DNA of 64,000 bases from Planctomycetota bacterium (GCA_038227875.1 JBBRPR010000027.1:32001-96000); one strand, 5' to 3'. Positions 9,336 through 19,296 are shown, counted from the stretch's first letter. The notes: a model not told the origin generated them from the sequence alone. Translations and numbers: made by a program.

Positions 9336-9764
9336 TTATTGCGTTGGAACCCAAGGCGTGCCGTCTTCATTCAAATAGTCCGGTCCCACTGACATATGAA
9401 TCCAGAAGTTTCCAAGATCACAGGTAAGAAGCTCATCTGGCGGACCGAGATACCCCGGCGCACCAAAACTACTCATTATGAATTTGGGCGGCGGGCGAAG
9501 TTTTGCGATTACCCTGAGTAGATTTGCCGTAACAGTTCGACCGCGAGCGTATGAAAAGAGACGCATGCGCTGAGGCGACGTAGTTCCCATCTCAATGTAG
9601 AGTGTATTTTGAGGCTTTTGAAAACCGAATTCCTCCACCTTCGATTGAAGTAGTTTTTTCTGTTCGAAGGAATAGCTTGGAAAATGGGTGGTTATTGCTC
9701 CAATGAGAGTAATTAGAGCGACGATGATTTGTCTGCCCTTCTTCAGCGCTGGAATATCGCTCAT
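9336..9764 (-). CDS. Hypothetical protein with an N-terminal TM segment
   Basis: ATGA overlap with the upstream gene; lies in an AT-richer segment. Confidence 0.5.
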   Translation of the reverse strand: MSDIPALKKGRQIIVALITLIGAITTHFPSYSFEQKKLLQSKVEEFGFQKPQNTLYIEMGTTSPQRMRLFSYARGRTVTANLLRVIAKLRPPPKFIMSSFGAPGYLGPPDELLTCDLGNFWIHMSVGPDYLNEDGTPWVPTQ

Positions 9765-10729
9765 TGTGTCGGCACCCAGTTTGTATCGGGATCGAATTCG
9801 GTCGTTGCCGCAGCGACGAAGGGTGTGTTTGGACCGAGATCGCGCTCAAAGATGGTTCCGTTCTGATTGATGATGTAGCAAACTCGCCCGGTTTCAGTGT
9901 ATTTGGATGGAATCGCAATTAGCGCGTATCCAAGCGTCATTTTGCCGCTGGCATCAATATACGAACGGCGTCCGCCTGGAGCACTGGGGCCTTGGGCCGT
10001 GAGTACTTTGAAATAATATCCTGCCTTGGGTTGCATTTTTGAGCCGCCAATCTCCGCGTGCGCGAGCGACGAATCAATGAGCGATAATTTGCCCTTGTCG
10101 CCCCATAAAATATTCAGAGAGGTGGCATATTGGATGCCCGTTTCGGAATAATCGGTGCGATGATAAACTTCCTGTGCTTCCGCGAAAGCGCTGCAATCCC
10201 ATGAAGGTCCTCCACAACTGCACGCATATCGCCTCAGCAACAGAGGTGGCGCGATTGTGCATAGTATTTCACCATACATTGCAATGGATACGAGAAAGAG
10301 TGGTAGCTGAGGAACATTGCGGGAGCCGTCCACGCGAGATCGGAGCCTGATCGTGTATCCTAACAAGACGAAGAGCGGAAGCCCCAAGAGAACAACCTTG
10401 AATGCGCGTTCGTGCCAGCCGGTGGAAACAGCGTGTGTGATCACCACTATCCAGAACGTCAGCATCCAACCCGTAAGGATGCCCCCGATAAACCACATTT
10501 TCCGATTCGAACACCCCGATGAACAGGCGATCAAACCTATTAAAGCACCGACTCCTGTTCCAAGTATGACAATTAAGCACGCGAGTATTCGGGAGTCCTT
10601 ACTAACGGTAGGTTCATAGAGCGCCATGCCAAGAAATGTCATCGCCACGAATAGCAGTAATTCCGCCAGTGTGAATTGCAGCCGTGCACGTTTGTTCTTA
10701 ATAGGTAGCGAGTCGACATTATTTGTCAT
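9761..10729 (-). CDS. Multi-TM protein with a C-terminal DUF2950-like domain
   Basis: About five hydrophobic segments followed by GYYFKVLTAQGPSAPGG...YALIAIPSKY...INQNGTIFERDLG, recognised from memory as the DUF2950 C-terminus. Confidence 0.7.
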   Translation of the reverse strand: MTNNVDSLPIKNKRARLQFTLAELLLFVAMTFLGMALYEPTVSKDSRILACLIVILGTGVGALIGLIACSSGCSNRKMWFIGGILTGWMLTFWIVVITHAVSTGWHERAFKVVLLGLPLFVLLGYTIRLRSRVDGSRNVPQLPLFLVSIAMYGEILCTIAPPLLLRRYACSCGGPSWDCSAFAEAQEVYHRTDYSETGIQYATSLNILWGDKGKLSLIDSSLAHAEIGGSKMQPKAGYYFKVLTAQGPSAPGGRRSYIDASGKMTLGYALIAIPSKYTETGRVCYIINQNGTIFERDLGPNTPFVAAATTEFDPDTNWVPTQ

Positions 10730-10812
10730 GACAATTAGTTATTAACAAATGCGTTGCCAAACCGGAGGCAGTGCCTTGGCAGGAGTGAAAGATATCGGTA
10801 GATTGGTGAACC

Positions 10813-11490
10813 ATGGCAAGAACCTTGGAAGAATTGATCGAAACAAACGATCCCGCGTGGCCCGTCCTACAGGAGTGGATCGCGACCGCCGAAGTGCCGG
10901 TCGAAGTACTCCCTCCGGATTTAGGGGCGCGCGAGACGTGTTTGCTGGAGATACAAGTAACCACACGCAGTCCCATGGGCGCGGTCGTCTATGAAACCGG
11001 CGGGCTGCTCATTGATCATGGCTGGCTCCGCGTTCTCGGTTCCGGTCATCCTCGTTTCCCGCGCACACTTCCCGGTTGGAACGCTTTCGCGCGCAAAGAA
11101 TTGGAGGCGGATGATCCCGGATTCCTCTTTATTGCCGACGATGTTTTGGGCGGCTTCTTTGCATTGGATTGTGGCGGGTTGGGTGACGCTAAGGGCGAAG
11201 TGTTCTACTTTGGACCTGATACGTTGCGATGGGAAAATCTGGAGGTGAAATACAGTGCCTTCCTTCAGCAGATGATGAGCGCATCATTACAAAAATTCTA
11301 CTCAAACGTGCGGTGGGATGGTTGGGAAACGGAAGTATCCAGCGTTCAAGGCGCGCGATCAATCATGATGTATCCATTTCTTTGGACCACGGAAGGTAAA
11401 GATCCGTCGAAAAATAAACGATCAACCGTTCCAATCACTGAAACGTTTGGATTGCACCTCATTGAATTTCCTAAACAATTGGGCTCCTGA
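10813..11490 (+). CDS. DUF2625 family protein
   Basis: QVTTRSPMGAVVYETGGLLIDHGWLRVLGSG, ADDVLGGFFA and YPFLW motifs. Confidence 0.8.
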   Translation: MARTLEELIETNDPAWPVLQEWIATAEVPVEVLPPDLGARETCLLEIQVTTRSPMGAVVYETGGLLIDHGWLRVLGSGHPRFPRTLPGWNAFARKELEADDPGFLFIADDVLGGFFALDCGGLGDAKGEVFYFGPDTLRWENLEVKYSAFLQQMMSASLQKFYSNVRWDGWETEVSSVQGARSIMMYPFLWTTEGKDPSKNKRSTVPITETFGLHLIEFPKQLGS

Positions 11491-11510
11491 ATGCTCTGGA
11501 GTTACGCATT

Positions 11511-11534
11511 CCCACGGCTCACGCCGTGGGCTAC
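11511..11534 (-). repeat. GTAG-type REP-like palindrome
   Basis: Reverse strand reads GTAG-CCCACGGC-gtga-GCCGTGGG. Confidence 0.6.
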
Positions 11535-11724
11535 TTTATTTCGCCACTCCGTGGCAAATGATGGATTGTTTTCTCGGAGTTAATCGCGATTCCACTGCGA
11601 TCGCACTGGCAAGGCCGGAGTTTCGCTTCGCTCAAATCCATCCGTGCCAGTGGTACCAGGATCTCTCGGTAAAGCGGTGACTCTCCGCTCCCAAGAGCCA
11701 CGAGCTAACAGCCAAGAGCCGCCG

Positions 11725-13236
11725 CTACGCACCGACCATTGCGCGGCCTACCGCTTCCTTTGCCACGCCGCGGGGGCCGACTTCTTTGATCTTGCCGCGG
11801 TAGAGGACGCTGACGCGGTCAGAAAGCAGGAGGATTTCGTCGAGGTCGGAGGAGATCAGTAACACGCCGGCTTGCTGTTCGCGCGCGGCGGTGAGCAGAC
11901 GCTGATGCACGTCGCCGGTGGCCCCGACGTCCAGGCCGCGCGTCGGATTGCAGGCGACGATCAGCGCGGGGGCGCAGGAGAGTTCGCGGGCGATCACGAC
12001 TTTCTGCTGGTTGCCGCCGCTGAGTGAACGCGCGGGAAGATCGGGCTCCGGCGGGACGGCGCCGTAGTCGCGGAGCAGCTCGGCACCGCGCGAGGTCATC
12101 GCGGCGTGATCGAGAATCGCGACGCTGGCAAAGTTGCGCGTCAGTTGCTTGCGCGCGAACAGATTTTCGCTCAGCGAAAAATCGAGCACCAGGCCCTCGT
12201 GATGGCGGTCGGACGGAATGTACGCCAGCCCCGCGTCGCTGCGCGATTTTACGGAGAGCGCGGCCAGCGGTTGGCTGCGCATGTCGATCGCGGCACTGGA
12301 GTCAAGTGGGTGAGGAAGCGTGCCGGCGATCGCGGCGGCGAGTTCCTCCTGGCCGTTGCCTTCGACGCCGGCGATGCCCAGAATCTCTCCGGGGCGGATT
12401 TCGAGCTGATCGATGTCGAGTACCCCAGGAAGGCGCAGGTTGCGGACGGAGAGCACCGGTGCCGTGTTCGGCGAGACGGATTGCGTGGCGACTGGCGTGG
12501 TCGGCAGCGCGCGTCCGATCATCTTTTCAGCGAGGGTCGCGGGCGTCAGGTCGCTGAGCATGCCGGAGAAAACCGTCTTTCCCCGGCGCAGCACGGTCGT
12601 GGCGCTGGCCAGCGCGAAGACTTCGTCGAGCTTGTGGGTGACGACGACGATGGTGCGGCCGGCGGCGCGCAGACCGCGGAGCGTTTCAAAAAGCGTCGCC
12701 ACTTCCGGCGGAGCGAGCACGGCGGTCGGTTCGTCGAGGAGCAGAATTTTGGCACCGCGGCCGAGCGCCTTTAAGATCTCGACGCGCTGCCGCAGGCCGA
12801 CGGGCAGGTCGGCGACGCGCGCGGCCGGATCGATCGCCAGGCCCGTCTGCTGCGCGAGCTCGGCGACGTGCTTTTCCGCGGTGCGCCGGTCGAAGCGCAG
12901 ACCCAGCGGACTGGCGCGGATGCCCAGCGCCACGTTCTCGGCGACGGTGAGCGCATCGGCGAGGAGGAAATGTTGATGAACCACACCGATGCCGGCGGCG
13001 ACGGCATCCAGCGGCGAGGAGAAATTCGCGGTCGTGCCGAAGACGCTGCAGGTGCCGGCGTCGGGCTGGAGCAATCCCGAGACGATGCCCAGCAGCGTCG
13101 ACTTTCCGGCTCCGTTCTCGCCGACGAGCGCGTGAATCTGCGCGACTTCGACGCGCAAACTGGCGTCGTCGAGCGCCGTGTTGCTGCCGAAGCGCTTGGT
13201 GATGCCGGTGCAGACGAGTGCGGGCGCGTCGCTCAT
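11725..13236 (-). CDS. ABC transporter ATP-binding protein with tandem NBDs (CUT2 sugar/nucleoside type)
   Basis: GENGAGKST, LLLDEPTAVL, AGVEGNGQ, LSGGNQQK and NPTRGLD motifs. Confidence 0.92.
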   Translation of the reverse strand: MSDAPALVCTGITKRFGSNTALDDASLRVEVAQIHALVGENGAGKSTLLGIVSGLLQPDAGTCSVFGTTANFSSPLDAVAAGIGVVHQHFLLADALTVAENVALGIRASPLGLRFDRRTAEKHVAELAQQTGLAIDPAARVADLPVGLRQRVEILKALGRGAKILLLDEPTAVLAPPEVATLFETLRGLRAAGRTIVVVTHKLDEVFALASATTVLRRGKTVFSGMLSDLTPATLAEKMIGRALPTTPVATQSVSPNTAPVLSVRNLRLPGVLDIDQLEIRPGEILGIAGVEGNGQEELAAAIAGTLPHPLDSSAAIDMRSQPLAALSVKSRSDAGLAYIPSDRHHEGLVLDFSLSENLFARKQLTRNFASVAILDHAAMTSRGAELLRDYGAVPPEPDLPARSLSGGNQQKVVIARELSCAPALIVACNPTRGLDVGATGDVHQRLLTAAREQQAGVLLISSDLDEILLLSDRVSVLYRGKIKEVGPRGVAKEAVGRAMVGA

Positions 13237-14168
13237 TCGTTGCGCCGTTCATTCAAAACCGCGTTGGCGACGCTGCGCGGTAAGTAAATGTAGCCTTCGT
13301 CGGCGGCCTGTTCGGCATTCCAGCGTTTCAATTTATACTGCTCGATCATGAACTCGACGAGGCGCTCTTTGTGCCAGGGTTTCGACCAGACGACAGCCTG
13401 ATCGAATTCCTTCTGCTGGAGCGCCGTGTCACCGGCGTCACCCGCCAGCGCGCCCATGTGAAGATGATAGTACGGGCTGAAGATCGTCCAGCGCGCGGCG
13501 GCCACCACGCTTCCCAGCAGGACCGCGACGGTCAGTACAAGCGGAAGCGCGAGTCGTCGCTGCTTTCTCCAGATTTCAAAGAAGCCGCCGATGATCAGTC
13601 CGAAAACCAGTCCCCCGAGATGGCCCCAGTTGTCGACATTGCCCAACATTCCGCACACGCCGGCGAGGTACATCAGGACGATCCAGAACGTATGCCCACG
13701 GACTTCCGAATTGCGGTACGCGTACTTGAGCACCGGTACGCGCAGAATCGTCAGGGCCAGCAGCGCGCCCATCACGCCAAAAAGGCTGGTCGATGCGCCG
13801 ATGGAATGATGGCCGCCGAAAATCTGGCTGAAGGCGATTCCTCCCACGCCGCTGAGCAGATAGAGCGTGCCGTAGTTTGCATGGCCGTACTGGACCTCCG
13901 TCGCCGGGCCGTAGCGGTAGAGGGCGATGGTGTTCAGGGCGATGTGCCAGAATCCGCCGTGCAGAAACATCGGCATGATCATGCGGAACCATTCGCCCTG
14001 CCAGACGCGTTCGCGAACACTCATGCCCAGGCCGAGCAGTACGTCACTGTTGACCGTGCCGAGATTTCCAGAGGCGATGCCGCAGTAAATGAAAAGCAGA
14101 ATGTTGACGCTCAGCAGCAGCATCGCAACGGGCGCGATAGCGAACAGATCGGCGTTGCGCGAATTCAT
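13233..14168 (-). CDS. Rhomboid family intramembrane serine protease
   Basis: WFR, FLHGGFWHIALN, catalytic GAS (SIGASTSLFG) and GHLGG motifs. Confidence 0.9.
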   Translation of the reverse strand: MNSRNADLFAIAPVAMLLLSVNILLFIYCGIASGNLGTVNSDVLLGLGMSVRERVWQGEWFRMIMPMFLHGGFWHIALNTIALYRYGPATEVQYGHANYGTLYLLSGVGGIAFSQIFGGHHSIGASTSLFGVMGALLALTILRVPVLKYAYRNSEVRGHTFWIVLMYLAGVCGMLGNVDNWGHLGGLVFGLIIGGFFEIWRKQRRLALPLVLTVAVLLGSVVAAARWTIFSPYYHLHMGALAGDAGDTALQQKEFDQAVVWSKPWHKERLVEFMIEQYKLKRWNAEQAADEGYIYLPRSVANAVLNERRNE

Positions 14169-14827
14169 TTTCGGCGCGCATCCCGCAGGCGCTGCGCGGC
14201 GGCAACCTTCAGCCCGGCCAGCCAGATCGGAAACGACGCCAGAAGACCAAACAGACTGCAGTACAGCCATGCGTTGGCGTTGACAGCGGCGTTGGCTATC
14301 TCCATTGTTATTTCCGGCTGCCCGGGTTGGATGTGCTTGTTGATCTCGGTCAGCATTTCAGGGCTAATTCTGAAGACGTAGCCCAGTTGCGAGAGCAGCG
14401 GCATTGACAACGCGACCGTCAATCCCGCCGCCAGAAAAACGGTGAACGGGCCCGTGCGCATTTGCATGCGGCTGAAGGTCAGGCCGGCAATGAGCACGAT
14501 ATCGAAGACGACGGCGAATCCCGCGATGTCCTCCTGGCCGAGCATCATCACCATCAAAAAAATCATCCACGACGTCGTGGCCATCACCGCGAAACGCGCG
14601 ATGGAGCGCCAGATCGCGTCGGGTTCGGCCGGAGCACGGGGCCTGGGATTGAGGCGCGCGGGTGAAAATTCCTGGCCCGGCTCGCTGGGCGTCATCTCCA
14701 CAGGCTGGGATGTTTGCGGAATGACGTTGCCCGTGCGGCATTCGGGACAATTCACGTGCTGACCCGCGAACTGGTCCTGCGCAAACATTTTCTTCCCGCA
14801 TTTGGAGCATGTAAAATGGATTGGCAT
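14165..14827 (-). CDS. Zinc-ribbon membrane protein
   Basis: MPIHFTCSKCGK...VNCPEC followed by about four TM helices; overlaps the rhomboid start. Confidence 0.7.
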   Translation of the reverse strand: MPIHFTCSKCGKKMFAQDQFAGQHVNCPECRTGNVIPQTSQPVEMTPSEPGQEFSPARLNPRPRAPAEPDAIWRSIARFAVMATTSWMIFLMVMMLGQEDIAGFAVVFDIVLIAGLTFSRMQMRTGPFTVFLAAGLTVALSMPLLSQLGYVFRISPEMLTEINKHIQPGQPEITMEIANAAVNANAWLYCSLFGLLASFPIWLAGLKVAAAQRLRDARRK

Positions 14828-14946
14828 TGGATACGTGGGTCTCACCCGGAGTTGGACTTCCGCTTCATTATCTGCGGCGGGTGCGGCGTGTCGAGTGGGG
14901 ATGCTTGTTGGAGGTGTGGAACCTGGGGACGAATTCGTCTCCAGGT

Positions 14947-16266
14947 CTATTTGCGTCCGAAGACGAACACTTCCATGTGGCGCAGCGATTTGACCGCGAG
15001 ATCGGCGAGATTGGCCAGGCCGATGGCGCTGAGTTCTCCCTTGTCCAGCGCGGCCGCGTTGTCCTTGTACGCGAAGGCGATGTCGACCCACGGCGCGCCG
15101 GTCTGCCTGCTGGCCGTCGCGGCGGCGGAATAGAGTCGATCGAGATTGGTGCGGTCCTTGGCGATGGAGGTCATTCCCGGCGGCGCGTTGCAGACGATCG
15201 GAATCACGCCGCTTTCCAGGGCGCGCTCCTGGATCACGCGGATCGTTTCGCTGCCCGGCGTGACTCCGTCGGCGACATCCGAATGGCCCAGCACCAGCAG
15301 CGCCATTTCCGCTTCGCTTTTTTGAAGATTATACTGGAGCAGCGTGTGCATGTCCTCCAGACCGGTGACGGGCGAACCGTCGGGAGCTTCGGCGAAGACA
15401 AAGCGGAATTCGGATTTGGCTTTCGTCTGCGCGGCGGTGAGCGCAGCTTTCAGCGGCTCGACGTCTTCCGTGCGCGACGCGAGCACCAGCACGGTCTTGG
15501 CCTTGCGCTTGCCGCGGGGAGACTTGATGGCGTTCTGCAGCGCTTCCTGTCCAATGTAGTTGAACGAATATCCATCGCGTGGGGCCATGCGGAAGACTTC
15601 GCTGCGCTTGTTTTCCACGGCCAGCAGGCGCGGCAGGACTTCGGGCGGCCGGAGGCCGTTAATGATCACAAATTCGTCGATGTAGACGGCAGTCTGCTTC
15701 GGTGTGTTCGGTTTAAACGCCACGCGGATCTGATTCAGAACTCCGGTTTCCCTCATGATCTGATGGCCGTTGTACAGTTCGGCGAGATCCATGCTGATCG
15801 TCGTCCACGTCTGCGCTTTGCCGACGGAAGTAGTCTCCGAAAACCAGCCCTTGTCGTCGCCCATGCTGGTGACGACTTTTCCGGTGGCCTCGGCCCAGAT
15901 CATGAACTGCAGTTTCACGTCCGACGGGCGCAGCCCGCCCATTAGATGGAACGGACCCAGGCCGGAGATGTTGGCTTCGCCGCGGGTGCTCTGTTCTTTT
16001 TCTTCGAAGGCGGCGAGCTTGAGGGCGTGCGAGCCGGGTGTCTGCACGACTTTGTCCTGAATCGTGCCGATGTTCCAGATGCCCGGGCCTTCGCCTTCGA
16101 AGGATTCAAAATAAAGGACCTCGGGTATTTCCTTGTACGGGCGCCACGGTTTGGGCGGATCCTTTTTCACAGGCGGATCGTCGGGCGGCGGTGTCGCTCC
16201 GAAGACAGATAAGGGGAGCGCGGTCAGCGCCAGGAGAATCGCGGCGAGCAGGCGGCGCGGCATCAT
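14947..16266 (-). CDS. Secreted protein: beta-sandwich (CBM-like) plus degenerate SGNH-like domain
   Basis: Signal peptide, YFESFE...VYIDEF sandwich pattern, C-terminal LLVLGHSD/GVIPIV/PWVD pattern. Confidence 0.55.
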   Translation of the reverse strand: MMPRRLLAAILLALTALPLSVFGATPPPDDPPVKKDPPKPWRPYKEIPEVLYFESFEGEGPGIWNIGTIQDKVVQTPGSHALKLAAFEEKEQSTRGEANISGLGPFHLMGGLRPSDVKLQFMIWAEATGKVVTSMGDDKGWFSETTSVGKAQTWTTISMDLAELYNGHQIMRETGVLNQIRVAFKPNTPKQTAVYIDEFVIINGLRPPEVLPRLLAVENKRSEVFRMAPRDGYSFNYIGQEALQNAIKSPRGKRKAKTVLVLASRTEDVEPLKAALTAAQTKAKSEFRFVFAEAPDGSPVTGLEDMHTLLQYNLQKSEAEMALLVLGHSDVADGVTPGSETIRVIQERALESGVIPIVCNAPPGMTSIAKDRTNLDRLYSAAATASRQTGAPWVDIAFAYKDNAAALDKGELSAIGLANLADLAVKSLRHMEVFVFGRK

Positions 16267-17423
16267 TCGTCACGCACCTTTCCCGCGCCGCCGTGCGTTT
16301 TGTCATCCGGCGCGTCTTTGGAGTCGCGGCCAAAAATGTGCTTCGCGGCCAGCATGGCCAGATCACCGATGCGCGCGGATGTCGCTCCGCCGGCCGCGCC
16401 TAATTCCATCACGGGGCAGTGCACGACATCGGCGGCGTGTAGCATCGCGGCGCGGACGACATCCTTCTCTTCGTTATTCACACCGACCGGCACGACGAGC
16501 ACCGGAACAGCGCCGAGGCGCAGACAGACCTTGGCGAGATCCTCCCAATCAATCCGTTCCAGGCCGGGAGGTTTGCGCGTGGGGTTGCCGTCGCCGATCA
16601 GGTAGACGATTTCCGGCTTGTCGCGGCCGATGGCTTCGGGCAGCACGGCCAGGAGCGTGCGTGGCGTCGCGTCGAGTTCCTTGGCGGTCTTCGCGGTCCA
16701 GCCGGCGGGTGGTTTGCCGTCGAGTTCCGGAATCGGCAGCCCGGGTCCGGCAAACATCATGACGCCCGGTGTGGCCTTGCTCTTTTCATGGCCCTTCTGC
16801 ATTGCTTCGGCCACATCCGGTCCGAACGCGACGCCGCCCATGTCCATCTTGCGGGCTGGCGCTTTCGACGCGGCTTCGGCGAGTTGTTCCTGGCGCGTGT
16901 CGGGATCGATTTCCACACTGACAGTGCCGAACTGAACTTCACCCGCGGCGAGATTGAGCGTGAGATTGACGCAGGCCATCGCGGAGTCCTTGTCGACGGC
17001 AGCCAGCAGCGAAAGGCGCTGCCATTCCTTGTTGTCGGACGCGGGAACCTTGGTCAGCACCTTGTCGGTGCCTTCGTGGTCCTTGGTGATGAACTTGAGC
17101 TGCGGTACGCCGTCGGGTTTGCCGTCGACCGGCTTGAGCGCAACCGGCACGCGCACGAACGCCACGATGCGAAGGTTGTGCCCGGCGACTTTGTTTAGAT
17201 CCAACTGCATGGAGAGTTCCGGGTCGTCTCCGCCGCGCTGTGAGATTTTGAGCACTTTGCCACGGGTCGCGTCAGGAATGATCGCGAACTCGCCACGGAA
17301 GGTGGAGTAGCCGGTCGGGAGCGCTTTCAGATCGAGCTTATCGAAATCTTCATTAAGCACGATCTCGCCTGCGCTGAGCGTGCGAAAGAGCATAAATAGC
17401 GGAACCCACGCGAGAATTCTCAT
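16263..17423 (-). CDS. Secreted protein: CBM-like plus degenerate SGNH-like domain
   Basis: Signal peptide; LNEDFD, KPEIVYLIG and GAVPVLV. ATGA overlap with the downstream gene. Confidence 0.55.
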   Translation of the reverse strand: MRILAWVPLFMLFRTLSAGEIVLNEDFDKLDLKALPTGYSTFRGEFAIIPDATRGKVLKISQRGGDDPELSMQLDLNKVAGHNLRIVAFVRVPVALKPVDGKPDGVPQLKFITKDHEGTDKVLTKVPASDNKEWQRLSLLAAVDKDSAMACVNLTLNLAAGEVQFGTVSVEIDPDTRQEQLAEAASKAPARKMDMGGVAFGPDVAEAMQKGHEKSKATPGVMMFAGPGLPIPELDGKPPAGWTAKTAKELDATPRTLLAVLPEAIGRDKPEIVYLIGDGNPTRKPPGLERIDWEDLAKVCLRLGAVPVLVVPVGVNNEEKDVVRAAMLHAADVVHCPVMELGAAGGATSARIGDLAMLAAKHIFGRDSKDAPDDKTHGGAGKVRDE

Positions 17424-17471
17424 TGGCTACGACTGTAACCTCGCTGGGGCCGAATGGCAATGGTCCCGTTC

Positions 17472-17620
17472 GTAGTCCGGGCGTCTGACGTCTTCGTTGG
17501 AAAGTTCAGGTGGATTGCGAAGCAATAATGAAGCGTGCTTTCGCGCAAAAGCGAGACTTTCGAAAGGATGTCGCTTCGTCGCAAAGGCTGCAGTTAGACC
17601 GGGCGAGACACCCGGACTAC
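17472..17620. repeat. Inverted REP doublet (REPIN-like)
   Basis: GTAGTCCGGGCGTCT at 17472 and CCGGGCGAGACACCCGGACTAC ending at 17620. Confidence 0.7.
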
Positions 17621-17799
17621 AAAAAAACTTGCGTTCCTATTTTAATTTTGTGTCTACTACCTTGACAATGCCGCACAAATAACGTTATTGAAGAATCTTC
17701 AAAACGCATGCGCAGCGAACTCACTTTTCCGCGGGCAAAATTGCCGGCGCAGGCGCGTGTTTGAAGGGTCCGGGAAGTACGGAGGCTTGAGAAAAACCG

Positions 17800-19257
17800 A
17801 TGAAATTCGAAGGCAAGATTCTGGTGATTGGGCTCGGCGCGGTGTCGCGCTGCACGCTGCCGCTGCTGTTCAAACACATCGAAGCGCCGACCAGCAGCTA
17901 CACGGTCATCGATTTCGCCGACGTGGATACCAATGCGCGCTTCGTCAAGGAAGCCGGTGCACACTTCGTCAAGGATCGCGTCACTCGCGAGAACATGGGC
18001 GAACTGCTCGGCAAGTACGTCGGCTCCGGCGACATCATCATCGATCTGGCCTGGAACATCGGCTGTACCGACATCCTGCAATGGTGCTACGACAAGAACG
18101 TCCGCTACATGAATACATCCGTGGAGCTGTGGGATCCGTATGAAGGTTCGCCGACGCAGCCGCCGACGGAACGCACGCTTTACGCTCGCCAGATGATGAT
18201 CCGGCGCATGATCAACAACTGGAAGCCCAAGCGCGGCGCGACAGCGGTGCTCGACCACGGCGCCAACCCGGGGCTGGTCTCGCATTTCACCAAGGCGGCG
18301 CTGGAAGATATTTCGCAGAAGTGGCTGGCAGAACACACGGAAGTCAACGAACGGCGCAACCTGATCGAAGAAGTCTACAAGAAGCGCATGTACAACCGCA
18401 TGTCGCAGCTGCTGGACGTCAAGGTCATCCACATTTCCGAACGCGACACGCAGATCAGCAACGTGCCGAAGAAGATGAACGAGTTCGTCAACACGTGGTC
18501 GATCGAAGGATTCTACGAGGAAGGCATCGCGCCGGCCGAAATGGGCTGGGGGACACACGAACGCACGCTGCCGCCGACGGCGCAGATGCATCTGGCCGGG
18601 CCGCTGAACCAGATCTGCATGGCCAACATGGGCGCTCGCACCTGGGTCCGCTCGTGGGTGCCGTGCGGTGAGATCGTGGGCATGGTCATCCGCCACGGCG
18701 AAGCGTTCTCGATTTCCGAGAGTCTCACGGTCAAGGAAGACGGTCTGCCCGTTTACCGTCCGACGGTCCATTACGCCTATTGTCCGTGCGACGCGGCGAT
18801 TGCCAGCCTGCATGAACTGCAGATGCGCCATTACAAGCTGCAGGACAACCAGCGCATCATGACCAACGACATCGTCGACGGACGCGATGAGCTGGGCGTG
18901 CTGCTGATGGGCCACGAATACAAGAGCTGGTGGATCGGCTCGCTGCTGGACATTCACGAAACGCGGCGCCTGAATCCGGATCAGAACGCGACGACGCTCC
19001 AGGTTGCCTGCTCGGTGATGGCCGCGGTACTGTGGATGATCAAGAACCCCAGCCAGGGCGTGTGCGTGCCCGACGACCTGCCGCACCGCGAAATTCTCGG
19101 CTACGCCAAGCCGTACCTCGGGCCGTTCATTTCGCAGCCCGTCGAATGGACGCCGTTGAAGAACTGGAACAGTTCCTTCGAACGCTACGGTACGCCGCGC
19201 CCGTCGGAGGAGGACGTGTGGCAGTTCAACACGTTCCTGCACCGCGGACTGACCTGA
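17800..19257 (+). CDS. hss: Homospermidine synthase
   Basis: IGLGAV, HGANPGLVSHF, IHISERDTQ, EFVNTWSIEGF, YRPTVHYAYCPCD and QNATTLQV motifs. Confidence 0.93.
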   Translation: MKFEGKILVIGLGAVSRCTLPLLFKHIEAPTSSYTVIDFADVDTNARFVKEAGAHFVKDRVTRENMGELLGKYVGSGDIIIDLAWNIGCTDILQWCYDKNVRYMNTSVELWDPYEGSPTQPPTERTLYARQMMIRRMINNWKPKRGATAVLDHGANPGLVSHFTKAALEDISQKWLAEHTEVNERRNLIEEVYKKRMYNRMSQLLDVKVIHISERDTQISNVPKKMNEFVNTWSIEGFYEEGIAPAEMGWGTHERTLPPTAQMHLAGPLNQICMANMGARTWVRSWVPCGEIVGMVIRHGEAFSISESLTVKEDGLPVYRPTVHYAYCPCDAAIASLHELQMRHYKLQDNQRIMTNDIVDGRDELGVLLMGHEYKSWWIGSLLDIHETRRLNPDQNATTLQVACSVMAAVLWMIKNPSQGVCVPDDLPHREILGYAKPYLGPFISQPVEWTPLKNWNSSFERYGTPRPSEEDVWQFNTFLHRGLT

Positions 19258-19296
19258 GAACGGCAGTTTTGAGTTTCCACAATTCAAAACTGCTGT

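Noticed and set aside
17540..17620. Possible c-di-GMP-I riboswitch upstream of hss (GCAAA...GAAA loop...GTCGCAAAG)
   Set aside because: No proper P1 or P3/tetraloop receptor was found; the segment is better explained as the interior of a REP doublet.
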